Source: the human T2T-CHM13v2.0 reference genome, Homo sapiens
Length of the DNA: 64,000 nucleotides
Reading direction: 5' to 3'
Assembly (NCBI GenBank): GCA_009914755.4
Contig: CP086569.2
Span: forward strand, 27,456,001 to 27,520,000
Translations under genes and position numbers: made by a program
The notes under the pieces: generated by a model
The model's input: only the letters and a program-made list of their open reading frames with translations
Database searches by the model: none
Told to the model about the DNA's origin: nothing
Shown: one piece after another, positions 26,271 to 40,644 of the stretch
Layout: the number at the start of each line of letters is the position of its first letter
How positions within the stretch are numbered: position 1 is the stretch's first letter

Positions 26271-29142
26271 CCACATTGGTTAAACTGACATCGAATAATA
26301 TCAAAAGAAATGTGGTGAAGTGGAGTGGAGTGTAACGAAATGGAGTGGAATGAAATTGAATGGAGTGGGGTCGATTGGAGTCTACTGGAGTGGAATGGAA
26401 TGGAATGGAAAGGAATGGAATAGAATGGAGTGAAGTGCAGTGCAGTGAAATGGAGTGGAAATGAATGGAATGGAATGGAATGGAATCAAATGGAATCGAA
26501 GTGAATCGAATCTAATGAAATTGATCAGAAAAAATGGAATGGAGTAGAATCGAATAATATGGATTCAAAAGGCAACAAATAGAATGAATGGAATGCGGTG
26601 AGTTGGAGGGCAATGGAATGGAGTTGAATGGAATGGGGTGTAATTGAATTGAATGGAGTGGAGTGGATTGGAGTGGACTGGAGTGGAATGGAACGGAATG
26701 GGCAGGAATGGAATTGAAAGGGGTGAATTGGAATTGAGTGCTGTGGATTGGAGTAGACTGCATTGTAGTGGATTGGAGTGGAAAGAAGTGGAGTGGAATG
26801 GAATGGAATGCAATGGAGTGGAGTGGAATGGAATGGAGTGGATTAGAATGGAATTTAATGGAGTGCAGTGGAATTGAGTGGAATGGAGAGTAATGGAGTG
26901 GAGTGGGCTGCAGCGAAGTGGAGTGTAGTGCATTGGACTGTAGGGGATTGAAGTGGCTTGGAGTGCAATGGAGTGGAGTGGAATGGAATGTAATGGAATG
27001 GAATTGAATGGAATGGAATGGAGTGGAATAGAATTGAATCACATGGAACTGAATCAAATCGAATTGAATGAAATTGAATGGAAAAAATGGAATGAAATGG
27101 AATCAAATCGAATGGATTCGAATGACATTGAATGGAATCGAAAGGAATGCAGTGAGGTGGAGTTGAGTGGAATGGAGTGGAATGGAATGGGATGAATGGA
27201 ATTGACTGGAGAGGAGTGGAATGGAATGGAATGGAAAGTCATGGAATTGAAAAAAATGGAGTGTAGTAGAATGTAGTGGATTGGAGTGGAGTGCAGGGGA
27301 GTGCAGTGGAATGAAGTGGAGTGTAGTTGAATGGAATGGAATGGTATGGAACGTACAGGAATGGAATGGATAAGAATGGAATGGAATGGAATCGCATGGA
27401 ATTGAATAGAATCAAATCGAATTGAATAGAATCAAATGGAAAAATGGAGTCAAATGGAATCGAATGGCATAGAATGGAACGGTTTTGAATGTCAGTGAAT
27501 GGAAACGAATGGAATGCGATGAAGTGGAGCGGAGTGGAGTGGAAAGGAGTGCAATGGAATAGGGTGGAACAGAATTTAATGGTACAGAGTGGATTGGAGT
27601 GTACTGGAGTGGAATGGAATGGGAAGGAATGGGATTGAAAGGAGTGGCGTGCAGTGGAGTGGAGTGGCATGGAGTGGAGTGGAGTGGAATGGAGTGGAAT
27701 GGAATGGAGTGGAATGGAGTGGATTGGAATGGAATGGAGTGCAGAGGAATGGAATGGAATGGTATAGAGTGGACAGGAATGGAGTGGAGTGGATTGGAAT
27801 GGAATGGAATGTAAGGGAATGGAACTGAATGGACTGGAATGGAATGGAATAGAATGGAATCGCAGGGAATCAAATTGGATTGAATCGAATCGAATGGAAA
27901 AAATGAAATCAAATGAAATTGAATGGAATCGAATTGAATGTAAACAATGGGATCCAATGGAATCCAATGGAATCGAATCAAATGGTTTTGAATGGCATCA
28001 AATGAAATGGCATGGAAGGCAGTGAATTGGAGTGGAGTGGAATAGAGTGGAACGAATTGGAATGGAGTGTAGTGGAATGGCGTGGATTCCATTGGAGTGG
28101 AGTGGATTGGATTGGAATGGAATGGAATAGATTGGATTGGAGTGGTGCAGAGTGGAGTGGACTGGAGTGCAGAGGAATGGAGTGGAGTGAAGTCCAGTTG
28201 AGTGGAATGGAATGGAGTGGAGCAGAGTGGAATGCAATAGAATGAAGTGGAATGGTATGGAATGGAATGTCGAGGAATGACGTGGAATAGAAAGGAATGG
28301 AATCGCATGGAACGATACCAAATCAAATCGAATCAAACGGAAAATTATGAATCCTATGGAATCGAAAGGATTCTAAAGGAAGGGATTCGAAATGCATTGA
28401 ATGGAATGGAAAGGAATGCAGTGGAGTGGAGTGGAGTGGAATGTTTTAGAGTGAACTTGGGTGGATTGGAACTCTATGGAGAGGAGTGGAGTGAAGTGGA
28501 TAGGAGTGGAATGGAGTGCAATGGACTGGAGTGGAGTGGAATGGATTGGAGTGGAGTGGAGTGGATCGGAGTGGAGTGCCGTGGAGTGGACTAGAGTGAG
28601 GTGGAGTGGAGTACATTGGAGTGGAATGGAGTGGAGTGGGGTGCAATGGAATGGAATGGCATCAAATCGCATGGTAATGAATCAAATGGAATCAAATGGA
28701 ATGGAAATAATGGAATCGAAGGCAAACGAATGGAATCGAATTGCACTGATTCTACTGACTTCGAACAAAATGAAATGAAACGCGGTGAAGTGGAGTGGAG
28801 TGGAATGTATTGGGTGGAATGGAATAGAATGGTGTGGAGTGGAGTGGAGTGCCCAGGAGGGGAACGGGAAGAAATGGAATTGAAGGGAGTGGAGTGGAGT
28901 GGAATGGGGCATAATGGAGTGGAATAGTGTGGAGTGGAGTAGAGTGGAATGGGTTGGAATGGAATGCAGAGGACAGGATTGGAGTGCGTTGGACTGGAGT
29001 GCAGTAGAGTTGAGTGGAGTGGAGTGGATTGAAATAGAGCGGAGCAGAGTGGGATGGAATTGAATCACATGGTATTGAATCAAATCGAATGGAATTAAAT
29101 CGAATGTAAAAATGGAATCAAATGCAAACGAATGGAGTCAAA
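26271..29142 (+). repeat. HOR unit U7 (2872 bp, a type); start of duplicated super-block copy 1
   Basis: ORFs 27239-27967, 27412-28326, 28247-28594 and 28461-28778 recur almost identically at +11502 and +20106. Confidence 0.85.
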
Positions 29143-32011
29143 CCACATTGGTTAAACTGACATCGAATAATATCAAAAGAAATGTGGTGAAGTGGAGTGG
29201 AGTGTAACGAAATGGAGTGGAATGAAATTGAATGGAGTGGGGTCGATTGGAGTCTACTGGAGTGGAATAGAATGGAATGGAAAGGAATGGAATAGAATGG
29301 AGTGAAGTGCAGTGCAGTGAAATGGAGTGGAAAGGAATGGAATGGAATGGAATCAAATGGAATCGAAGTGAATCGCATCTAATGAAATTGATCGGAAAAA
29401 ATGGAATGGAGTAGAATCGAAGAAGATGGATTCAAAAGGCAACAAATAGAATTGAATGGAATGCGGTGAGTTGGAGGGCATTGGAATGGAGTTGAATGGA
29501 ATGGGGTGTAATTGAATTGAATGGAGTGGAGTGGATTGTAGTGGACTGGAGTGGAATGGAACGGAATGGGCAGGAATTTAATTGAAAGGGGTGAATTGGA
29601 ATTGAGTGCTGTGGATTGGAGTAGACTGCATTGTAGTGGATTGGAGTGGAAAGAAGTGGAGTGGAATGGAATTGAATGCAATGGAGTGGGGTGGAATGGA
29701 ATGGAGTGGAGTAGAATGGAATTTAATGGAGTGGAGTGGAATTGAGTGGAATGGAGAGTAATGGAGTGGAGTGGACTGGAGCGAAGTGGAGTGTAGTGCA
29801 TTGGACTGTAGGGGATTGAAGTGGCTTGGAGTGCAATGGAGTGGAGTGGAATGGAATGTAATGCAATGGAATGGAATGGAATGGAATGTAGTGGAATGGA
29901 ATCGAATCACATGGAACTGAATCAAATCGAATTGAATGAAATTGAATGGAAAAAATGGAATCCAATGGAATCAAATCGAATGGATTCGAATGACATTGAA
30001 TGGAATCGAAATGAATGCAGTGAGGTGTAGTTGAGTGGAGTGGAGTGGAATGGAATGGGATGAATGGAATTGACTGGAGAGGAGTGGAATGGAATGGAAT
30101 GGAAAGCAATGGAATTGAACAAAATGGAGTGTAGTAGAATGTAGTGGATTGGAGTGGAGTGCCGGGGAGTGCAGTGAAATGAAGAGGATTGTAGTTGAAT
30201 GGAATGGAATGGTATGGAACGTACTGGAATGGAATGGATAAGAACGGAATGGAATGGAATCGCATGGAATTGAAAAGAATCAAATCGAATTGAATAGAAT
30301 CAAATGGAAAAAATGGAGGCAAATGGAATCGAATGTCATAGAATCGAACGGTTTTGAATGTCAGTGAATGGAAACGAATGGAATGCGATGAAGTGGAGCG
30401 GAGTGGAGTGGAAAGGAGTGCAATGGAATAGGGTGGAACAGAATTTAATGGAACAGAGTGGATTGGAGTGGACTGGAGTGGAATGGAAAGGGAAGGAATG
30501 GGATTGAAAAGAGTGGCGTGCAGTGGAGTGGAGTGACATGGAGTGGAGTGGAGTGGAATGGAGTGGAATGGAATGGAGTGGAATGGAGTGGATTGGAATG
30601 GAATGGAGTGCAGAGGAATGGAATGGAATGGTATAGAGTGGACAGGAATGGAGTGGAGTGGATTGGAATGGAATGGAATGTAAGGGAATGGAACTGAATG
30701 GACTGGAATGGAATGGAATAGAATGGAATCGCAGGGAATCAAATTGGATTGAATCGAATCGAATGGAAAAAATGAAAACAAATGAAATTGAATGGAATCG
30801 AATTGAATGTAAACAATGGAATCCAATGGAGTCAAATGGAATCGAATCAAATGGTTTTGAATGGCATCAAATGAAATGACATGGAAGGCAGTGAATTGGA
30901 GTGGAGTGGAATAGAGAGGAATGAATTGGAATGGAGTGTAGTGGAATGGCGTGGATTCCAGTGGAGTGGAGTGGATTGGATTTGAATGGAATGGAATAGA
31001 TTCTATTCGAGTGGTGCAGAGTGGAGTGGACTGGAGTGCAGAGGAATGGAGTGGAGTGAAGTCCAGTTGAGTGGAATGGAATGGAGTGGAGCAGAGTGGA
31101 ATGCAAAAGAATGAAGTGGATTGTTATGGAATGGAATGGCGTGGAATGGCGTGGAATAGAATGAAATTAAATCGCATGGAATGATACCAAATCAAATCGA
31201 ATCAAACGGAAAATTATGAATCCAATGGAATCGAAAGGATTCTAAAGGAATGGATTCGAAAGGCATTGAATGGAATGTAAAGGAATGCAGTGGAGTGGAG
31301 TGGAGTGGAATGTTTTAGAGTAAACTTGGGTGGATTGGAAATCTATGGAGAGGAGTGCAGTGAAGTGGATTGGAGTGGAATGGAGTGCAATGGACTGGAG
31401 TGGACTGGAATGGATTGGAGTGGAGTGGATTGGATCGGAGCGGAGTGCCGTGGAGTGGACTAGAGTGAGGTGGAGTGGAGTGCATTGGAGTGGAATGGAG
31501 TGGAGTGGGGTGCAACGGAATGGAATGGCATCAAATCGCATGGTAATGAATCAAATGGAATCAAATCGAATGGAAATAATGGAATCGAAGGCAAACGAAT
31601 GGAATCGAATTGCACTGATTCTACTGACTTCGAACAAAATGAAATGAAACGCGCTGAAGTGGAGTGGAGTGGAATGTATTGGGTGGAATGGAATAGAATG
31701 GTGTGGAGTGGAGTGGAGTGCCCAGGAGTGGAATGGGAAGAAATGGAATTGAACGGAGTGGAGTGGAGTGGAATGGGGCATAATGGAGTGGAATAGTGTG
31801 GAGTGGAGTAGAGTGGAATAGGTTGGAGTGGAATGCAGAGGACAGGATTGGAGTGCGGTGGACTGGAGTGGAGTAGAGTTGAGTGGAGTGGAGTGGATTG
31901 AAATAGAGCGGAGCAGAGAGGGATGGAATTGAATCACATGGAATTGAATCAAATCGAATGGAATTAAATCGAATGAAAAAATGGAATCAAATGTAAACGA
32001 ATGGAGTCAAA
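29143..32011 (+). repeat. HOR unit U8 (2869 bp, b type)
   Basis: ORFs 29723-30850 and 31330-31647 recur at +11502 and +20106. It carries the b-diagnostic gaatagattctattc at 30995-31009. Confidence 0.85.
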
Positions 32012-34874
32012 CCACATTGGTTAAACTGAGATAGAATAATATCAAAAGAAATGTGGTGAAGTGGAGTGGAGTGTAACGAAATGGAGTGGAATGAAATTGA
32101 ATGGAGTGGGGTCGATTGGAGTCTACTGGAGTGGAATGGAATGGAATGGAAAGGAATGGAATAGAATGGAGTGAAGTGTAGTGCAGTGAAATGGAGTGGA
32201 AAGGAATGGAATGGAATGGAATGGAATCAAATGGAATCGAAGTGAATCGAAGCTAATGAAATTGATCAGAAAAAATCGAATGGAGTAGAATCGAATAATA
32301 TGGATTCAAAAGGCAACAAATAGAATGAATGGAATGCGGTGAGTTGGAGGGCAATGGAATGGAGTTGAATGGAATGGCGTGTAATTGAATTGAATGGAGT
32401 GGAGTGGATTGGAGTGGACTGGAGTGGAATGGAACAGAATGGGCAGGAATGGAATTGAAAGGCGTGAATTGTAATTGAGTGCTGTGGATTGGAGTAGACT
32501 GCATTGTAGTGGATTGCAGTGGAAAGAAGTGGAGTGGAATGGAATGGAAGGCAATGGAGTGGAGGGGAATGGAATGGAGTGGAGTAGAATGGAATTTAAT
32601 GGAGTGGAGTGGAATTGAGTGGAATGGAGAGTAATGGAGTGGAGTGGACTGGAGCGAAGTGGAGTGTAGTGCATTAGACTGTAGGGGATTGAAGTGGCTT
32701 GGAGTGCAATGGAGTGGAGTGGAATGGAATGTAATGGAATGGAATGGAATGGAATGGAATGGAATGGAGTGGAATGGAATCGAATCACATGGAACTGAAT
32801 CAAATCGAATTGAATGAAATTGAATGGAAAAAATGGAATGAAATGGAATCAAATCGAATGGATTCGAATGACATTGAATGGAATCGAAAGGAATGCAGTG
32901 AGGTGTAGTTGAGTGGAGTGGAGTGGAATGGAATGGGATGAATGGAATTGACTGGAGAGGAGTGGAATGGAATGGAATGGAAAGGAATGGAATTGAACGA
33001 AATGGAGTGTGGTAGAATGTAGTGGATTGGAGTGGAGTGCAGGGGAGTGCAGTGGAATGAAGAGGAGTGTAGTTGAATGGAATGGAATGGTATGGAACGT
33101 ACTGGAATGGAATGGATAAGAATGGAATGGAATGGAATCGCATAGAATTGAATAGAATGAAATCGAATTGAATAGAATCAAATGGAAAAAATGGAGGCAA
33201 ATGGAATCGAATGTCATAGAATCGAACGGTTTTGAATGTCAGAGAATGGAAACGAATGGAATGCGATGATGTAGAGCGGAGTGGAGTGGAAAGGAGTGCA
33301 ATGGAATAGGGTGGAAAAGAATTTAATGGAACAGAGTGGATTGGAGTGGACTGGAGTGGAATGGAATGGGAAGGAATGGGATTGAAAGGAGTGGCGTGCA
33401 GTGGAGTGGAGTGGCATGGAGTGGAGTGGAGTGGAATGGAGTGGAATGGAATGGAGTGGAATGGAGTGGATTGGAATGGAATGGAGTGCAGAGGAATGGA
33501 ATGGAATGGTATAGAGTGGACAGGAATGGAGTGGAGTGGATTGGAATGGAATGGAATGTAAGGGAATGGAACTGAATGGACTGGAATGGAATGGAGTAGA
33601 ATGGAATCACAGGGAATCAAATTGGATTGAATCGAATCGAATGGAGAAAATGAAATCAAATGAAATTGAATGGAATCGAATTGAATGTAAACAATGGAAT
33701 CCAATGGAGTCAAATGGAATCGAATCAAATGGTTTTGAATGGCATCAAATGAAATGGCATGGAAGGCAGTGAATTGGAGTGGAGTGGAATAGAGAGGAAT
33801 GAATTGGAATGGAGTGTAGTGGAATGGAGTGGATTGGATTGGAATGGAATGGAATAGATTGGATTGGAGTGGTGCAGAGTGGAGTGGACTGGAGTGCAGA
33901 GGAATGGAGTGGAGTGAAGTCCAGTTGAGTGGAATGGAATGGAGTGGAGCAGAGTGGAATTCAAAAGAATGAAGTGGATTGGTATGGAATGGAATGGCGT
34001 GGAATGGCGTGGAATAGAATGGAATGGAATCGCATGGAATGATATGAAATCAAATCGAATTGAACGGAAAATTATGAATCCAATGGAATCGAAAGGATTC
34101 TAAAGGAATGGATTCGAAAGGCATTGAATGGAATGGAAAGGAATGCAGTGAAGTGGAGTGGAGTGGAGTGGAATGTTTTAGAGTGAACTGGGGTGGATTG
34201 GAACTCTATGGCGGGGAGTGGAGTGAAGTGGATTGGAGTGGAATGGAGCGCAATGGACTGGAGTGGAGTGGAATGGATTGGAGTGGAGTGGAGTGCATCG
34301 GAGTGGAGTGCTGTGGAGTGGACTAGAGTGGGGTGGAGTGGAGTGCATTGGAGTGGAATGGAACGGAGTGGGGTGGAATGGAATGGAATGGAATCAAATC
34401 GCATGGTAATGAATCAAATGGAATCAAATCGAATGGAAATAATGGAATCGAAGGGAAACGAATGGAATCGAATTGCACTGATTCTACTGACTTCGAGGAA
34501 AATGAAATGAAATGCGGTGAAGTGGAATGGAGGGAATGTATTAGGGTGGAATGGAATTGAATGGTGTGGAGTGGAGTGGAGTGCCCAGGAGTGGAATGGG
34601 AAGAAATGGAATTGAACGGAGTGGAGTGGAGTGGAATGGGGGATAATGGAGTGGAGTAGAGTGGAGTGGAGTAGAGTGGAATGGGTTGGAGTGTAATGCA
34701 GAGTACAGGAGTGGAGTGCGGTGGACTGGAGTGGAGTGGAGTTGAGTGGAGTGGATTGGATTGAAATAGAGCGGAGCAGAGTGGAATGGAATTGAATCAC
34801 ATGGTATTGAATCAAATCGAATGGAATTAAATCGAATCAAAAAATGGAATCAAAAGCAAACGAATGGAGTCAAA
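32012..34874 (+). repeat. HOR unit U9 (2863 bp, c type)
   Basis: The 491-aa ORF 32253-33728 is identical in translation to 52359-53834 at +20106. Tail ORF 34193-34510 is c type. Confidence 0.85.
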
Positions 34875-37752
34875 CCTCATTGGTTAAACTGACATCGAAA
34901 AATATCAAATGAAATGTGGTGAAGTGGAGTGGATTGTAATGAAATGGGGTGGAATGAAATTGAATGGAGTGGAGTGTATTGGAGTCTACTGGAGTGGAAT
35001 GGAACGGAATGCAAAGGAATGGAATAGAATGCAGTGAAGTGCAGTGCAGTGAAGTGGAGTGGAAAGGAATGGAATGGAATGGAATGGAATGGAATGGAAT
35101 GGAATGGAATGGAACGGAATCAAATGGTATCGAAGTGAATCGAATCTAATGAAATTGATCGGAAAAAATGGAATGGAGTAGAATCGAATAAGATGGATTC
35201 AAAGGCAACAAATAGAATTGAATGGAATGCGGTGAGGTGGAGGGCATTGGAATGGAGTTGAATGGAATGGGGTATAATTGAATTGAATGGAGTGGAGTGG
35301 ATTGTAGTGGACTGGAGTGGAATGGAACGGAATGGGCAGGAATGGAATTGAAAGGGGTGAATTGGAATTGAGTGCTGTGGATTGGAGTAGACTGCATTCT
35401 AGTGGACTGGAGTGGAAAGAAGTGGAGTGGAATGGAATGGAATGCAATGGAGTGGAGTGGAATGGAATGGAGTGGAGTAGAATGGAATTTAATGGAGTGG
35501 AGTGGAATTGAGTGGAATGGAGAGTAATGGAGTGGAGTGGACTGGAGCGAAGTGGAGTGTAGTGCATTGGACTGTAGGGGATTGAAGTGGCTTGGAGTGC
35601 AATGGAGTGGAGTGGAATGGAATGTAATGGAATGGAATGGAATGGAGTGGAATGGAATCGAATCACATGGAACTGAATCAAATCGAATTGAATGAAATTG
35701 AATGGAAAAAATGGAATGAAATGGAATCAAATCGAATGGATTCGAATGACATTGAATGGAATCGAAAGGAATGCAGTGAGGTGGAGTTGAGTGGAGTGGA
35801 GTGGAATGGAATGGGATGAATGGAATTGACTGGAGAGGAGTGGAATGGAATGGAATGGAAAGGAATGGAATTGAACGAAATGGAGTGTAGTAGAATGTAG
35901 TGGATTGGAGTGGAGTGCAGGGGAGTGCAGTGGAATGAAGAGGAGTGTAGTTGAATGGAATGGAATGGTATGGAACGTACTGGAATGGAATGGATAAGAA
36001 TGGAATGGAATGGAATCGCATGGAATTGAATAGAATGAAATCGAATTGAATAGAATCAAAAGGAAAAAATGGAGGCAAATGGAATCGAATGTCATAGAAT
36101 CGAACGGTTTTGAATGTCAGTGAAAGGAAACGAATGGAATGCGATGAAGTGGAGCGGAGCGGAGTGGAAAGGAGTGCAATGGAATAGGGTGGAACAGAAT
36201 TTAATGGAACAGAGTGGATTGGAGTGGACTGGAGTGGAATGGAAAGGGAAGGAATGGGATTGAAAGGAGTGGCGTGCAGTGGAGTGGAGTGGCATGGAGT
36301 GGAGTGGAGTGGAATGGAGTGGAATGGAATGGAGTGGAATGGAGTGGATTGGAATGGAATGGAGTGCAGAGGAATGGAATGGAATGGTATAGAGTGGACA
36401 GGAATGGAGTGGAGTGGATTGGAATGGAATGGAATGTAAGGGAATGGAACTGAATGGACTGGAATGGAATGGAGTAGAATGGAATCACAGGGAATCAAAT
36501 TGGATTGAATCGAATCGAATGGAGAAAATGAAATCAAATGAAATTGAATGGAATCGAATTGAATGTAAACAATGGAATCCAATGGAGTCAAATGGAATCG
36601 AATCAAATGGTTTTGAATGGCATCAAATGAAATGGCATGGAAGGCAGTGAATTGGAGTGGAGTGGAATAGAGAGGAATGAATTGGAATGGAGTGTAGTGG
36701 AATGGAGTGGATTGGATTGGAATGGAATGGAATAGATTGGATTGGAGTGGTGCAGAGTGGAGTGGACTGGAGTGCAGAGGAATGGAGTGGAGTGAAGTCC
36801 AGTTGAGTGGAATGGAATGGAGTGGAGCAGAGTGGAATTCAAAAGAATGAAGTGGATTGGTATGGAATGGAATGGCGTGGAATGGCGTGGAATAGAATGG
36901 AATGGAATCGCATGGAATGATATGAAATCAAATCGAATTGAACGGAAAATTATGAATCCAATGGAATCGAAAGGATTCTAAAGGAATGGATTCGAAAGGC
37001 ATTGAATGGAATGGAAAGGAATGCAGTGAAGTGGAGTGGAGTGGAGTGGAATGTTTTAGAGTGAACTGGGGTGGATTGGAACTCTATGGCGGGGAGTGGA
37101 GTGAAGTGGATTGGAGTGGAATGGAGCGCAATGGACTGGAGTGGAGTGGAATGGATTGGAGTGGAGTGGAGTGCATCGGAGTGGAGTGCTGTGGAGTGGA
37201 CTAGAGTGGGGTGGAGTGGAGTGCATTGGAGTGGAATGGAACGGAGTGGGGTGGAATGGAATGGAATGGAATCAAATCGCATGGTAATGAATCAAATGGA
37301 ATCAAATCGAATGGAAATAATGGAATCGAAGGGAAACGAATGGAATCGAATTGCACTGATTCTACTGACTTCGAGGAAAATGAAATGAAATGCGGTGAAG
37401 TGGAATGGAGGGAATGTATTAGGGTGGAATGGAATTGAATGGTGTGGAGTGGAGTGGAGTGCCCAGGAGTGGAATGGGAAGAAATGGAATTGAACGGAGT
37501 GGAGTGGAGTGGAATGGGGGATAATGGAGTGGAGTAGAGTGGAGTGGAGTAGAGTGGAATGGGTTGGAGTGTAATGCAGAGTACAGGAGTGGAGTGCGGT
37601 GGACTGGAGTGGAGTGGAGTTGAGTGGAGTGGATTGGATTGAAATAGAGCGGAGCAGAGTGGAATGGAATTGAATCACATGGTATTGAATCAAATCGAAT
37701 GGAATTAAATCGAATCAAAAAATGGAATCAAAAGCAAACGAATGGAGTCAAA
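34875..37752 (+). repeat. HOR unit U10 (2878 bp, c type)
   Basis: Tail ORF 37071-37388 is identical to 34193-34510. Head ORF 35146-36606 is close to 32253-33728. It has an expanded (GGAAT)9 tract at 35066-35110. Confidence 0.85.
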
Positions 37753-40644
37753 CCTCATTGGTAAAACTGACATCGAAAAATATCAAATGAAATGTGGTGA
37801 AGTGGAGTGGAGTGTAATGAAATGGGGTGGAATGAAATTGAATGGAGTGGAGTGGATTGGAGTCTACTGGAGTGGAATGGAACGGAATGCAAAGGAATGG
37901 AATAGAATGCAGTGAAGTGCAGTGCAGTGAAGTGGAGTGGAAAGGAATGGAATGGAATGGAATGGAATGGAATGGAATGGAACGGAATCAAATGGTATCG
38001 AAGTGAATCGAATCTAATGAAATTGATCGGAAAAAATGGAATGGAGTAGAATCGAATAAGATGGATTCAAAGGCAACAAATAGAATTGAATGGAATGCGG
38101 TGAGGTGGAGGGCATTGGAATGGAGTTGAATGGAATGGGGTATAATTGAATTGAATGGAGTGGAGTGGATTGCAGTGGACTGGAGTGGAATGGAACGGAA
38201 TGGGCAGGAATGGAATTGAAAGGGGTGAATTGGAATTGAGTGCTGTGGATTGGAGTAGACTGCATTGTAGTGGACTGGAGTGGAAAGAAGTGGAGTGGAA
38301 TGGAATGGAATGCAATGGAGTGGAGTGGAATGGAATGGAGTGGAGTAGAATGGAATTTAATGGAGTGGAGTGGAATTGAGTGGAATGGAGAGTAATGGAG
38401 TGGAGTGGACTGGAGCGAAGTGGAGTGTAGTGCATTGGACTGTAGGGGATTGAAGTGGCTTGGAGTGCAATGGAGTGGAGTGGAATGGAATGTAATGGAA
38501 TGGAATGGAATGGAGTGGAATGGAGTGGAATGGAATCGAATCACATGGAACTGAATCAAATCGAATTGAATGAAATTGAATGGAAAAAATGGAATGAAAT
38601 GGAATCAAATCGAATGGATTCGAATGACATTGAATGGAATCAAAAGGAATGCAGTGAGGTGGAGTTGAGTGAAGTGGAGTGGAATGGAATGGGATGAATG
38701 GAATTGACTGGAGAGGAGTGGAATGGAATGGAATGGAAAGTCATGGATTTGAAAAAAATGGAGTGTAGTAGAATGTAGTGGATTGGAGTGGAGTGCAGGG
38801 GAGTGCAGTGGAATGAAGTGGAGTGTAGTTGAATGGAATGGAATGGTATGTAACGTACAGGAATGGAATGGATAAGAATGGAATGGAATGGAATCGCACG
38901 GAATTGAATAGAATCAAATCGAATTGAATAGAATCAAATGGAAAAATGGAGTCAAATGGAATCGAATGGCATAGAATGGAACGGTTTTGAATGTCAGTGA
39001 ATGGAAACGAATGGAATGCGATGAAGTGGAGCGGAGTGGAGTGGAAAGGAGTGCAATGGAATAGGGTGGAACAGAATTTAATGGTACAGAGTGGATTGGA
39101 GTGTACTGGAGTGGAATGGAATGGGAAGGAATGGGATTGAAAGGAGTGGCGTGCAGTGGAGTGGAGTGGCATGGAGTGGAGTGGAGTGGAATGGAGTGGA
39201 ATGGAATGGAGTGGAATGGAGTGGATTGGAATGGAATGGAGTGCAGAGGAATGGAATGGAATGGTATAGAGTGGACAGGAATGGAGTGGAGTGGATTGGA
39301 ATGGAATGGAATGTAAGGGAATGGAACTGAATGGACTGGAATGGAATGGAATAGAATGGAATCGCAGGGAATCAAATTGGATTGAATCGAATCGAATGGA
39401 AAAAATGAAATCAAATGAAATTGAATGGAATCGAATTGAATGTAAACAATGGGATCCAATGGAATCCAATGGAATCGAATCAAATGGTTTTGAATGGCAT
39501 CAAATGAAATGGCATGGAAGGCAGTGAATTGGAGTGGAGTGGAATAGAGTGGAACGAATTGGAATGGAGTGTAGTGGAATGGCGTGGATTCCATTGGAGT
39601 GGAGTGGATTGGATTGGAATGGAATGGAATAGATTGGATTGGAGTGGTGCAGAGTGGAGTGGACTGGAGTGCAGAGGAATGGAGTGGAGTGAAGTCCAGT
39701 TGAGTGGAATGGAATGGAGTGGAGCAGAGTGGAATGCAATAGAATGAAGTGGAATGGTATGGAATGGAATGTCGAGGAATGACGTGGAATAGAAAGGAAT
39801 GGAATCGCATGGAACGATACCAAATCAAATCGAATCAAACGGAAAATTATGAATCCTATGGAATCGAAAGGATTCTAAAGGAAGGGATTCGAAATGCATT
39901 GAATGGAATGGAAAGGAATGCAGTGGAGTGGAGTGGAGTGGAATGTTTTAGAGTGAACTTGGGTGGATTGGAACTCTATGGAGAGGAGTGGAGTGAAGTG
40001 GATAGGAGTGGAATGGAGTGCAATGGACTGGAGTGGAGTGGAATGGATTGGAGTGGAGTGGAGTGGATCGGAGTGGAGTGCCGTGGAGTGGACTAGAGTG
40101 AGGTGGAGTGGAGTACATTGGAGTGGAATGGAGTGGAGTGGGGTGCAATGGAATGGAATGGCATCAAATCGCATGGTAATGAATCAAATGGAATCAAATG
40201 GAATGGAAATAATGGAATCGAAGGCAAACGAATGGAATCGAATTGCACTGATTCTACTGACTTCGAACAAAATGAAATGAAACGCGGTGAAGTGGAGTGG
40301 AGTGGAATGTATTGGGTGGAATGGAATAGAATGGTGTGGAGTGGAGTGGAGTGCCCAGGAGGGGAACGGGAAGAAATGGAATTGAAGGGAGTGGAGTGGA
40401 GTGGAATGGGGCATAATGGAGTGGAATAGTGTGGAGTGGAGTAGAGTGGAATGGGTTGGAATGGAATGCAGAGGACAGGATTGGAGTGCGTTGGACTGGA
40501 GTGCAGTAGAGTTGAGTGGAGTGGAGTGGATTGAAATAGAGCGGAGCAGAGTGGGATGGAATTGAATCACATGGTATTGAATCAAATCGAATGGAATTAA
40601 ATCGAATGTAAAAATGGAATCAAATGCAAACGAATGGAGTCAAA
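37753..40644 (+). repeat. HOR unit U11 (2892 bp, a type); copy 2 of the duplicated block begins about 38.7 kb
   Basis: ORFs 38741-39469, 38914-39828, 39749-40096 and 39963-40280 match U7 ORFs at an offset of 11502. Confidence 0.85.

Noticed and set aside
32253-33728. Long ORFs (up to 491 aa on the - strand, for example 32253-33728, 35146-36606, 52359-53834 and 23982-25220) that could be mistaken for genes
   Set aside because: The peptides are pure low-complexity IPFHS/TPLHS repeats. They overlap + strand ORFs over their entire length and recur every 2.87 kb. This is the expected artefact of a 5-bp tandem repeat that lacks stop codons in some frames.
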